Both the position numbers and the translations under genes were made by a program. Positions 20,570 to 29,621 of a stretch of DNA of 64,000 nt are shown here, in pieces. Under the pieces are notes generated by a model. It made no database searches. It was not told the DNA's origin and saw only the letters and a program-made list of their open reading frames with translations. This DNA is from Candidatus Sumerlaeota bacterium (GTDB taxonomy: Bacteria; Sumerlaeota; Sumerlaeia; Sumerlaeales; Sumerlaeaceae): positions 2,313 to 66,312 of the forward strand of contig JAPLSQ010000084.1 in the NCBI GenBank assembly GCA_026398535.1. The letters are read 5' to 3'. Each line of letters opens with the position of its first letter. Within the stretch, counting starts at the first letter, position 1.

Positions 20570-21703
20570 ATGCGCCCAGGCCTTAAATTAACAGTTCTCT
20601 TCATCGTTGCCGCATCATTTTTCGGCGGATGCGCGCGCAATGGCAAAGAGCTTGTTGTGAGCGGGCGTATAGAGGTGGACAAGGTGCGGGTCGGGTCGAA
20701 GATTGGCGGGCGCGTCTGGAAGGTTCATTATGACGAGGGCGATGCCGTGAAGTCGGGTGAACCCGTCGTGCAGCTTGAGGACAGGGAACTCAAGGCTCAG
20801 CTTGACGAGGCAAGCGCGTCGCTTGCCCAGGCGCAGTCACAGCTTGACCTGTTGCTTGTGGGTTCGCGCAGGGAGGACATTGACCGTGCCGAGGCGCTTG
20901 TCAGGGCGCAGCGCGCCCAGTTGCAATTGAGCCGCAAGGGATTCCGTGACGAGGAGATCCGCCAGGCTGAGGCACAGCTTGTCTCGGCGAAAAGCGAGCT
21001 TGATCTGGCAAAGAAGGAACTCGACAGCGCGGAGATGCTCCGCAAGTCAGGGACAATCGAGCAGCGCGAGTACGACAAGAAGCGCAACGCTTACGAGACG
21101 GCCCGCGCGCAGGCCGATGTGGCCACGCAGAAAGAGGCGCTTTATAAAAGCGGCTCGCGTCCGGAGGAAATCGCGATGTCCGAGGCCAGGCTGGCCCAGG
21201 CTCAAGCCGAACTGGAACGGCTGAAGAACGGCGCCCGTCCCGAAGAGATTGCCGCCCAGCGCGCCGCTGTCGAGGCCGCCGCCGCAAATCTCGCGCGCAT
21301 TGATTCACAGCTTGCCGAGACACGCATCCTGGCGCCCATGGACTCGACAGTGGAAACCCTTGACCTCAAGCCTGGCGATCTTGTCAAGGCGGGCGAAACG
21401 GTCTCTGTGCTCAACCTGCGCAACAGCCCCTGGGTGCGATGTTACGTGCCCGAAAACCGGCTTGGCCTGGTGCGCACCGGAATGGATGTGGATGTCACGG
21501 TCGACTCGTTTCCCGGCAAGCGGTTCAAGGCCAGGGTTCGCCGCGTCAATTCCGAGGCTGAATTCACGCCGCGCAATGTTCAGACAACGGAAAAACGTTC
21601 GGAACTGGTTTTTGAAATGAAGGCTGATGTGCTTCAGGACGGCGGACAGTTGCGGGCTGGGATGTATGCGGATGTGCATGTGCCCATCGGGACTGTGAAA
21701 TGA
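20570..21703 (+). CDS. HlyD-family membrane fusion protein (YbhG-like)
   Basis: VSGRIE, GSKIGGRV..V...EGD.V, long coiled coil with G.R.E.I repeats, AEFTPRNVQT..R..LVF. Confidence 0.9.
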   Translation: MRPGLKLTVLFIVAASFFGGCARNGKELVVSGRIEVDKVRVGSKIGGRVWKVHYDEGDAVKSGEPVVQLEDRELKAQLDEASASLAQAQSQLDLLLVGSRREDIDRAEALVRAQRAQLQLSRKGFRDEEIRQAEAQLVSAKSELDLAKKELDSAEMLRKSGTIEQREYDKKRNAYETARAQADVATQKEALYKSGSRPEEIAMSEARLAQAQAELERLKNGARPEEIAAQRAAVEAAAANLARIDSQLAETRILAPMDSTVETLDLKPGDLVKAGETVSVLNLRNSPWVRCYVPENRLGLVRTGMDVDVTVDSFPGKRFKARVRRVNSEAEFTPRNVQTTEKRSELVFEMKADVLQDGGQLRAGMYADVHVPIGTVK

Positions 21704-22665
21704 GCGCCGCCGCTGATTCGGCGATCGTTGTTGAGGGATTGACGCGTAAATTCGGCGCGTTCACGGCCGTTGACAATGTCAGCTTTGAAATCGGGCGCGG
21801 CGATATTTTCGGATTTCTTGGCCCCAACGGATCGGGCAAATCCACGGTGATCCGCATGCTGTGCGGATTGCTGAGACCGACAACCGGCACGGCGCTGCTC
21901 GACGGCATTGATGTGCGCCGCGATCCCGAATCCATCAAGCAGCGCATCGGCTACACATCCCAGAAATTCAGCCTGTATGAAGACCTGACCGTCGATGAAA
22001 ACGTGATGTTTTTCGGCAGGATTTACGGACTGAAAAACAGGCGGCTTAAAGAACGGCGCGACGCGGTGATCGGCCTTGTGGGCATCGGGGATTATGCCGG
22101 TCGTCTGGCGGGACAGCTTTCGGGCGGCTGGAAGCAGCGGCTGGCGGTGGCTTGCGCGCTGTTGCACGAGCCCAACATCATCTTTCTGGACGAGCCGACG
22201 GCTGGCATCGATCCTGTCGCGCGCCGCGATTTGTGGGACCTGCTTTTCAAGCTGTCGAGTGCCGGAACGACGCTTTTCGTCACGACGCATTACATGGACG
22301 AGGCGGAACGCTGCACGGATGTGGGCTATATCTATTTATCGAAACTCATCGTGTGCGGTCAGCCCAAGACGCTCAAGGCGCTGCCGGAAGTCACGCCTGG
22401 CGGCCATCGCCGTCTGGAGGTCGAGTGCGAGGAATCGCGGCAGGCACTGGAGCGTTTGCGCGGGGTGGACGGGATCGCCGACGCCACGCTTTTCGGGCAG
22501 AACATACACCTGCTCGCGCGGGACGACATCACGGAAGCGGACATACGCGGGGAACTTGAGCGGGGCGGCATTGGGGCGCGAGAGATCCGCCAGATTGAGC
22601 CCTCCCTCGAGGATGTGTTCGTCATGCTGACGCGCCGCCATGCCGGCACGCCGCGGAAAAGGTGA
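21700..22665 (+). CDS. ABC transporter ATP-binding protein (YbhF-like)
   Basis: GPNGSGKS, LSGGWKQR, FLDEPTAGIDP, TTHYMDEAERC. Confidence 0.93.
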   Translation: MSAAADSAIVVEGLTRKFGAFTAVDNVSFEIGRGDIFGFLGPNGSGKSTVIRMLCGLLRPTTGTALLDGIDVRRDPESIKQRIGYTSQKFSLYEDLTVDENVMFFGRIYGLKNRRLKERRDAVIGLVGIGDYAGRLAGQLSGGWKQRLAVACALLHEPNIIFLDEPTAGIDPVARRDLWDLLFKLSSAGTTLFVTTHYMDEAERCTDVGYIYLSKLIVCGQPKTLKALPEVTPGGHRRLEVECEESRQALERLRGVDGIADATLFGQNIHLLARDDITEADIRGELERGGIGAREIRQIEPSLEDVFVMLTRRHAGTPRKR

Positions 22666-23775
22666 ATGAATATGTTTCGCGGTTTCTGGGCCGTCATATA
22701 CAAGGAAATGATCCAGGTGCGGCGCGACCCGAGCACGCGGTTCGTGTTCCTGATTCCGCTGTTTCAGATGATCATCTTCGGTTATGCCATCGACATGGAT
22801 GTTCAGCACATCGCGACGGTGGTATGCGACATGGACCAGAGCGTGGAAAGCCGTCTGATCGTTGCTCAGATGGCAAACACGAGAACCTTCGACATCACGG
22901 GCGAGGTTGCGAGCGAACGCGACATCCGCCGCCAGATCGTGGCCGGCACGGCAAAGGTGGGCATCATTATTCCGGGCGACTATGGCGCGAAACTGTTGCG
23001 GGGCGAGCAGGCCACCGTGCAGGTGCTCGTGGACGGTTCGGACAGTTCCGTGGCCAACAACGCGGTGCAGACATCGCGCGGCGTGGGGATGCTGCAATCG
23101 CTTCAGCGCGCGGGCGTGTCGGGCCAGTTGCTGCCGGTTGATGTGCGCCAGCGCGTGCTGTTCAATCCCGACCTCATCAGCGCAAATTTTTATGTGCCGG
23201 CGCTTGTCGGCATCATTCTGCAGATTGTGACGGTTTTTCTGACGGCATTCGCGATTGTCCGCGAGCGCGAGCGCGGTACCCTCGAGCAACTCAGCGTCAC
23301 GCCCGTCTCCAGATCAGCCCTCATTCTCGGCAAGCTTGTTCCCTACGCCATCATCGGGATGATTCAGACGATTTTCGTGTTGTTGCTGATGCGTTGCCTG
23401 TTTGGTGTGGTCATCGAGGGCGATGTCTTTCTGCTTTTGGCGCTATCGGTTCTTTTCCTGCTGCCAGCGCTTGCGATGGGCATTCTTATCTCCACCATCG
23501 CCTTCAATCAGGCCGAAGCCATGCAGATGGGCATGCTCATCATGCTGCCCTCCATCCTGCTTTCGGGTTTTGCTTTTCCCCGCGAGACCATGCCGTTGCC
23601 GATTTACGCCTTAAGCTTTGGGATTCCCGTCACCTACTATGTCCAGATTCTGCGGGGCATCATCCTGCGCGGTGCGGGATTATGGGCATTGTGGCCGCAA
23701 ACGCTCGCGCTTGCCGGCTTCGCCGTCGTGCTTGTGGTTGCCAGTTCGGTGCGCTTCCAGAAGCGCATCGGCTGA
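22666..23775 (+). CDS. ABC-2 type permease (YbhR/S-like)
   Basis: KEMIQVRRD, FGYAI, AIVRERERGTLEQL.VTP, LLSGFAFP, multiple TM helices. Confidence 0.92.
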   Translation: MNMFRGFWAVIYKEMIQVRRDPSTRFVFLIPLFQMIIFGYAIDMDVQHIATVVCDMDQSVESRLIVAQMANTRTFDITGEVASERDIRRQIVAGTAKVGIIIPGDYGAKLLRGEQATVQVLVDGSDSSVANNAVQTSRGVGMLQSLQRAGVSGQLLPVDVRQRVLFNPDLISANFYVPALVGIILQIVTVFLTAFAIVRERERGTLEQLSVTPVSRSALILGKLVPYAIIGMIQTIFVLLLMRCLFGVVIEGDVFLLLALSVLFLLPALAMGILISTIAFNQAEAMQMGMLIMLPSILLSGFAFPRETMPLPIYALSFGIPVTYYVQILRGIILRGAGLWALWPQTLALAGFAVVLVVASSVRFQKRIG

Positions 23776-23994
23776 AAACCAAGTGTCATTGCCGGCGCCA
23801 ATTCAGGTGACGGATTGTCCCGTGATCAAGCAAATTTCTTTCCCGTTCACCCCGCTTGCTGTTCTTCTCACATGAGCTCATAATCAAGCGCGCCGGTTTG
23901 TGAGTCTGTGCCCATTTTTTCAGCATTTTCCCTTAACTGCTTGAATTCCGCATTGTTTCTCCGGAAGGTGCCCATTCCATAAGGATATGAAATC

Positions 23995-25167
23995 ATGACA
24001 AAAGAGTTGCTGATCGGCGTCATTGGCGCGGGCGGGCGCGGGGCGCTTGCGCACGCTGCCCACATCCCCGGGGAGGGCGCGCGTCTTGCCGCCGCGGCTG
24101 ACGCGGCCGATGAACCGCTGGCGCGGTTCCGCGAAAAATTCGGCCCCGATGTCTTTACGACGAAAAATTACCGCGAGTTGCTTGCGCGCCCCGAGATCGG
24201 GGCGGTGTTCGTCACCGCGCCCGATTTCCTGCACGAGGAAATGGCGGTTGCCGCCCTGCGAGCGGGAAAGCATGTCTATCTCGAAAAGCCCATGGCAATC
24301 ACGATCGAGGGCTGCGACCGTATCCTGCGCGCCGCCGCCGAAAACGGGCGCAAACTCTATCTCGGCCATAATATGCGACACATGACCTTTGTCCTGAAGA
24401 TGAAGGAACTCATCGACGCGGGACGCATCGGCGAGGTGAAGGCCGGCTGGTGCCGCCATTTCGTCTCCTATGGCGGCGACGCTTACTTTAAGGACTGGCA
24501 CGCCGAGCGCGCCAACTGCACGAGTCTGCTGTTGCAGAAAGGCGCGCACGACATCGACGTCCTGCACTGGCTCTGCGGCGGGTGCTCGCGGCGCGTCAGC
24601 GCGTTCGGCGGCCTGACGGTTTATGGGCGCGTCACGGATCACCGGGCGCCCAGCGAGCCGCCCAAAATCAGTTGGGGATTCGAGAACTGGCCCCCGCTTT
24701 CGCAGAAAGGGCTCAATCCGGTTGTCGACATCGAGGACATCAACATGATGCTCATGGAGCTCGACAACGGGGTGTTCGCATCCTACCAGCAGTGCCACTA
24801 CACGCCCGACGCGTGGCGCAATTACACGATCATCGGCACAGAGGGGCGCGTGGAAAACTTTGGCGACTCGCCCGGGGAATGCGTGGTGCGGTTGTGGAAC
24901 CGCCGCGCAGGATACAAGCCCGAGGGCGACGAGCAATACCCGATCCCGGTCATGAGCGGCAGCCATGGCGGCTCGGATCTGTCGATTGTCGCGGAGTTCG
25001 TGCGCTATGTCCGCGAAGGCGGCAGGGTTTCCACCTCACCGGTTGCCGCCCGCAACAGCGTTGCGGCGGGGTGTTGCGCCGCCCGCTCTGTCCGCAACGG
25101 CAATGTGCCCGTTGATATTCCGCCTGTTGATCCCGGGATCGCGGCATACTTTGATCATTGCGGATGA
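23995..25167 (+). CDS. Gfo/Idh/MocA family oxidoreductase
   Basis: IGVIGAGGRG, APDFLH, GKHVYLEKP, GHNMR, HDID. Confidence 0.9.
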   Translation: MTKELLIGVIGAGGRGALAHAAHIPGEGARLAAAADAADEPLARFREKFGPDVFTTKNYRELLARPEIGAVFVTAPDFLHEEMAVAALRAGKHVYLEKPMAITIEGCDRILRAAAENGRKLYLGHNMRHMTFVLKMKELIDAGRIGEVKAGWCRHFVSYGGDAYFKDWHAERANCTSLLLQKGAHDIDVLHWLCGGCSRRVSAFGGLTVYGRVTDHRAPSEPPKISWGFENWPPLSQKGLNPVVDIEDINMMLMELDNGVFASYQQCHYTPDAWRNYTIIGTEGRVENFGDSPGECVVRLWNRRAGYKPEGDEQYPIPVMSGSHGGSDLSIVAEFVRYVREGGRVSTSPVAARNSVAAGCCAARSVRNGNVPVDIPPVDPGIAAYFDHCG

Positions 25168-25177
25168 ACACACAGAT

Positions 25178-26236
25178 ATGAAAATTCATCATTCAATCAT
25201 CGTGATTCTGCTGGCGGTTGCAGCGCAGGCGCCAGCCGCCACGCACACGCCGGAGCAAACGACCATGCCAAGACAACTCAACTGGTATAAAGGCAACACG
25301 CACACCCACACCAACAAATCCGATGGCGACACGTCACCCGGTGCGGCCGCATGCTGGTACCGCGATCACGGTTACGATTTCCTTGTCATCTCGGACCACA
25401 ACCGTCTGACCACACCCAGCGTTGTGGAGAAGGAAATGGCCGGAACGCGGTCCGCAAATCCGGACAAGCCTTTCCTTCTGATTTCCGGCGAGGAGGTCTC
25501 AGACTGCTTCACAGTCAACAAGCGAGGACTTCCGCTGCATATCGGCGCGATTGGCGCCTCGCGGACGGTGGGCGTTCAGGGCGGGAAGAGTGTTGCCGAT
25601 ACGGTCGAAAGGTGCATCGGCGCGATTCATGCCGGCGGCGGCATCGCCCATGTGAATCACCCGAATTTTGGCTGGGCCATGACGTCTGAAGACCTGCTGG
25701 CGCTCCCGAATATCACCCATATGGAAATCTTCAACGGGCATCCAGACGTCAACAACTGGGGCGGCGGCGGCAAACCGTCCGCGGAGGCGATGTGGGATGC
25801 GCTGTTGAGCGCGGGCAGACGCGTTTACGCAATCGCTTCGGACGATGCGCACCATTACATGAAATATGGCCGCGATCTGGCAAATGTCGGCCGGGGCTGG
25901 ATTGTGGCGCGCGCCGCCGCGCCCGACAGGGATGACATCCTCGCCGCGATCCGCGACGGGAACTACTATGCCTCAACAGGCGTGGAACTGGACGACATCT
26001 CCACCACGAATTCGACGCTGAGCCTGAAAATACGCAAACAAGGCAGCCGTCTTTTCACCACGTCATTCATCGGCGCCAACGGCGTGGTGCTCAAGGAGGA
26101 CGCCTCGATGGAGCCGAAATACAAGCTCAAGCCGGGCGGCGCCTATGTGCGCGCGCGCGTCTTGTCAAGCGGCGGTGATTATGCGTGGACCCAGCCGCTT
26201 TTCGCTCAGACAGGCGGAAAGGACATTTCAAAGTAA
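25178..26236 (+). CDS. Secreted PHP-domain metallohydrolase (CehA/McbA-like)
   Basis: Signal peptide; WYKGNTHTHT..SDG, SDHN, NHP, SDDAH, AWTQP. Confidence 0.85.
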   Translation: MKIHHSIIVILLAVAAQAPAATHTPEQTTMPRQLNWYKGNTHTHTNKSDGDTSPGAAACWYRDHGYDFLVISDHNRLTTPSVVEKEMAGTRSANPDKPFLLISGEEVSDCFTVNKRGLPLHIGAIGASRTVGVQGGKSVADTVERCIGAIHAGGGIAHVNHPNFGWAMTSEDLLALPNITHMEIFNGHPDVNNWGGGGKPSAEAMWDALLSAGRRVYAIASDDAHHYMKYGRDLANVGRGWIVARAAAPDRDDILAAIRDGNYYASTGVELDDISTTNSTLSLKIRKQGSRLFTTSFIGANGVVLKEDASMEPKYKLKPGGAYVRARVLSSGGDYAWTQPLFAQTGGKDISK

Positions 26237-26386
26237 CCGAATATCGCACACACGCGTCGCCCGGACGTGTGCTCATCATCGGCCGCGCTGAAAATATACC
26301 GGCCTGATGCCGAGTGAGGCCGCCTCGTTCTTCGTCCGTGGTTGTCCGTGTTTTCCTGACACCCAATCCGGCTTTCCCCCCTTCTT

Positions 26387-27937
26387 TTATCTCACGCTGA
26401 CGGTCAGCGTGGTCACCTCGGCGCCAAAGTTTTTCAGCGGGCCGATGCCGTCGGCCCGCAGGCCGATTTCCATGCCATAATTGCCGGGCGCCGGCGGCGC
26501 AGCAAATGTCAGTGTGGTGGATGTGCTTTCGCCCGGCAGCAGGTCGTGTGACAGCCTTGTAAGCGCTGATGTCGTTGTTGGGGCGCCGATTGTCCGCCAT
26601 TCGCCCGTGATGGACACGCCGGCGAACTCCACACCGGTTTGCAGACCCATGCGCGGCACGACGTTGCGCTTCAGGAAAGTCGTGTTGCCCGTGTTCGTGG
26701 CGATCACGCCCACGGTCAGCGCCGCGGTGGTGGAGCATTCCATGTGCGGCGGATTAAGAATCCATGCGGCGTGGGGTTTGTCCGGCGCTTCGGTGTCGTA
26801 ACGCGCCACGCGCACAATGGTGGCAAAATCTTTGGCGGAGATGACGCCCTGGTTGCGCAACACGCCCACCAGCAGGCGCGCGGCAAGATTGTGTCCCGGT
26901 CCTGAAAAATGGATGCCGTCGGCATCGAAAAGGAACTCGCGGTTTCGGCGCTCAAATTCCTCCTCGAAATCCAGAAGACATGCTCCTGTGGCCGAGCACA
27001 CGGACCGCACGATGGAATTATAATGGCTGCGCCGAATCCGGACGGTTTCGTAATCCGGCGCAAAGTTCTGCAGGACAAGCGATCCGGCGTTTTCGGTCGC
27101 GAGATTGGCGGGCTGGGTGGCCAGAACCGCCAGCGCCCCCGCCGACTGGATTTCATGCACAATCTGCTCAAGGTTGCGCGCGAATTGCTCCGGGCCGACC
27201 CTGAGCGCCGGTGAAGTGGCGGCGTCGTTCGCGCTTCGTTCACCCGCCGGCGCCGCCGCGAATTGAAACAACCGCAGCGGGCTGAATATGCGCTGGGCAG
27301 CTTCCGACCAGATATTGCGCGCGCCGAGTTCCTTGTCGGGCAGATTCAGCGCGGGAAAAAGATCATTCCATCCGAAACACGCCACCACCACGGATGGTTT
27401 GACCGCCCTGAGGCGGCGGAACAGACGCAGCCCCTGTTCGGTGGTGTATCCGGGCGCCGCGGCATTGTAGAACTCGATCGGCGGCCCGGTGCGAGGGCGG
27501 CTCACAAGGCGCTGGGCAAGCTGGGGATAGGTGCGGTAGGTCATTGCTGTCGCCGAGTCGCCAAGACACAAAACCCTTACAGTGCCGGATGTCGGCGCTC
27601 CTGAAGGCTCCGCGCCCAGCAGTCCGCTTTTTGTAACATCCATGCCGCCAAGGTTGCGTCCGGGGCTCAGACGCCACAAGAGATAACGGTCGGGCTCGAA
27701 GGCGTCTGTGTCAAACCGCCGGCTGAGAGCGCTGACACATGCCGTGTTCGTCGCCGCCTGGGCATCCATCGGTATGAGCGGGCGGTAATATCCCCGCGCC
27801 CGCAAAGCGATTTCGCCCAGCATAAACGGAAGCGCGAGGCCGAGTACGGCAAAGGTCAGCCGGCGGAACCATATTTGCGCGCGTGTGTGCCGCGATCGTG
27901 CCAGCTCCTTTTCCACGCGCGCCAGCATATCACTCAT
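26387..27937 (-). CDS. Membrane-anchored SGNH/GDSL hydrolase with C-terminal Ig-like domain
   Basis: N-terminal TM, LGDSAT, NAAAPGYTT, GWND, DGIHFS..GH; C-terminal NTGN...LLPGES...APPAPGNY. Confidence 0.8.
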   Translation of the reverse strand: MSDMLARVEKELARSRHTRAQIWFRRLTFAVLGLALPFMLGEIALRARGYYRPLIPMDAQAATNTACVSALSRRFDTDAFEPDRYLLWRLSPGRNLGGMDVTKSGLLGAEPSGAPTSGTVRVLCLGDSATAMTYRTYPQLAQRLVSRPRTGPPIEFYNAAAPGYTTEQGLRLFRRLRAVKPSVVVACFGWNDLFPALNLPDKELGARNIWSEAAQRIFSPLRLFQFAAAPAGERSANDAATSPALRVGPEQFARNLEQIVHEIQSAGALAVLATQPANLATENAGSLVLQNFAPDYETVRIRRSHYNSIVRSVCSATGACLLDFEEEFERRNREFLFDADGIHFSGPGHNLAARLLVGVLRNQGVISAKDFATIVRVARYDTEAPDKPHAAWILNPPHMECSTTAALTVGVIATNTGNTTFLKRNVVPRMGLQTGVEFAGVSITGEWRTIGAPTTTSALTRLSHDLLPGESTSTTLTFAAPPAPGNYGMEIGLRADGIGPLKNFGAEVTTLTVSVR

Positions 27938-28144
27938 GAAGCGGGATCATGCGGTTGGGCGGGGCGATTATGCAATGGGAATCGCGTTTCGGGCAGGGTG
28001 AAACCGAAGTCGCGATTGCCGGAATAACTCCGGCGCGGCGGGCGCGGAATCTCCGGGCTCGTATAGCGGTCTTGAATTTTTTACGCTGAAATCGCGTAAA
28101 CGCTCATGGTTCACATTATCATTTATCATTAGGAGGCTATCCTC

Positions 28145-28333
28145 ATGCCGGTTCCAAGGCGGCGTCATTGTTCAGCGCGGCGCAAGCGCGGCCGCACACA
28201 CAAGCAACTGACCCCTGTTTCTGGCATTGACAAGTGCCTGAAGTGCGGGGAACCGCGTCTGCCGCATCGCGTATGCCCCAGTTGCGGCGATTACAAGGGG
28301 CGTTTCTACGGCAAGGTTGATGCCGTAAAGTAA
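28145..28333 (+). CDS. rpmF: 50S ribosomal protein L32
   Basis: MPVPRRR, CLKCG...PHRVCPSCGDYKG; directly upstream of plsX. Confidence 0.96.
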   Translation: MPVPRRRHCSARRKRGRTHKQLTPVSGIDKCLKCGEPRLPHRVCPSCGDYKGRFYGKVDAVK

Positions 28334-28369
28334 AGCTGAACCGGCTTTCAGCAGCAAACAGCACGCCAC

Positions 28370-29437
28370 ATGGCCAGCCGCATCCAGAAACTCCGCGAGG
28401 AAGTACGGCTTCGCCGTCAGGCGCGGCGCTCGGCAACCATCGCCCTTGATGCCATGGGATCGGACGCCGGGCCTGATGAATTGATGCAGGGGGCTTATGA
28501 TGCCGTCACGGCCCTGCATTGGATCACCGTCATTTGCGCCGGACCGAGCGACAAGCTGGAGGCCATTATCCGGCGCAGGGAGCTTGCCCATCCCCGGTTG
28601 CGTGTTGAGCATGCTCCGCAGGTTGTCACGATGGACGAGGCGCCCAAGGATTCGCTTCGCAAGAAGGATTCGAGCGTTTCGGTGGCGGCGCGGCTTGTCC
28701 ACGAAGGGCGCGCCGCAGCCATGCTTTCGGCGGGCAACACGGGCGCGACGATGGCCACTGCCATGATGACATGGCGACAGTTGCCCGGCATCAGCCGTCC
28801 CGCCATCGCCGCTGTGATCCCCCATCCCCGCCACCCAAGCATTATTCTCGATGTGGGAGCCAATGTTGACTGCAAGCCCCGCCATCTGCTGCATTTCGCC
28901 ATCATGGGCGCCGTTTACGCGCGCCATGTTTTCCGCCGGCGCAATCCCCGCGTCGGGCTGCTTTCCATCGGTGAAGAGGAAACAAAAGGCAACGAGCAGA
29001 TTTTCGACACACAGAAGCTCATGCGCCAATCCACGCTGAACTATTGCGGGAACGCGGAAGGACGCGATCTTTTCCGTGAAAAATTCGACGTTGTCGTGTG
29101 CGACGGCTTTGTGGGCAATGTCGTGCTCAAGGTTGCCGAAGGGCTTGTTGAGTTCATCTTCGACAATCTCAAGCAGCAAATTCAGAGCAATCTTGTTGCC
29201 CAGATTGGCGCGCTGGGCATGAAACCCGTCCTGCGCTCGTTCAAGAAAACAATCGACCATTCCGAGTATGGCGGCGCGCCCCTGCTGGGGCTGAACGGAA
29301 ACTGCATCATCTGCCACGGCTCTTCGCGCGCCAAGTCCATCATGAATGCCATCCGCGTGGCCGATGAAATGGCGGGGGCAAACGTCAACCGGCGCATCGT
29401 CGAACTGCTCAAGCAGAATACCCCGGACAGCCAGTAG
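28370..29437 (+). CDS. plsX: Phosphate acyltransferase PlsX
   Basis: IALDAMGSD, SAGNTGA, RPAI, LDVGAN, IGEEETKG, CDGFVGN, GGAPLLG, HGSS. Confidence 0.96.
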   Translation: MASRIQKLREEVRLRRQARRSATIALDAMGSDAGPDELMQGAYDAVTALHWITVICAGPSDKLEAIIRRRELAHPRLRVEHAPQVVTMDEAPKDSLRKKDSSVSVAARLVHEGRAAAMLSAGNTGATMATAMMTWRQLPGISRPAIAAVIPHPRHPSIILDVGANVDCKPRHLLHFAIMGAVYARHVFRRRNPRVGLLSIGEEETKGNEQIFDTQKLMRQSTLNYCGNAEGRDLFREKFDVVVCDGFVGNVVLKVAEGLVEFIFDNLKQQIQSNLVAQIGALGMKPVLRSFKKTIDHSEYGGAPLLGLNGNCIICHGSSRAKSIMNAIRVADEMAGANVNRRIVELLKQNTPDSQ

Positions 29438-29621
29438 CCCGGAGACGGCGGCAACGGATAGCCGCTGTATCGCGCTCCATTTGATCTCTTGCCTGCTTGC
29501 CGCGTTGTCTTATTTTCAGGCGGGCGCGCGCCGTGAAGGCGGCGCGATTTTCAGAGGTTCCAAAATATATCAACGCAAGTTGTGTTAAGACTCAAAAGAG
29601 CAAAAATCGATCCCCCAAGTC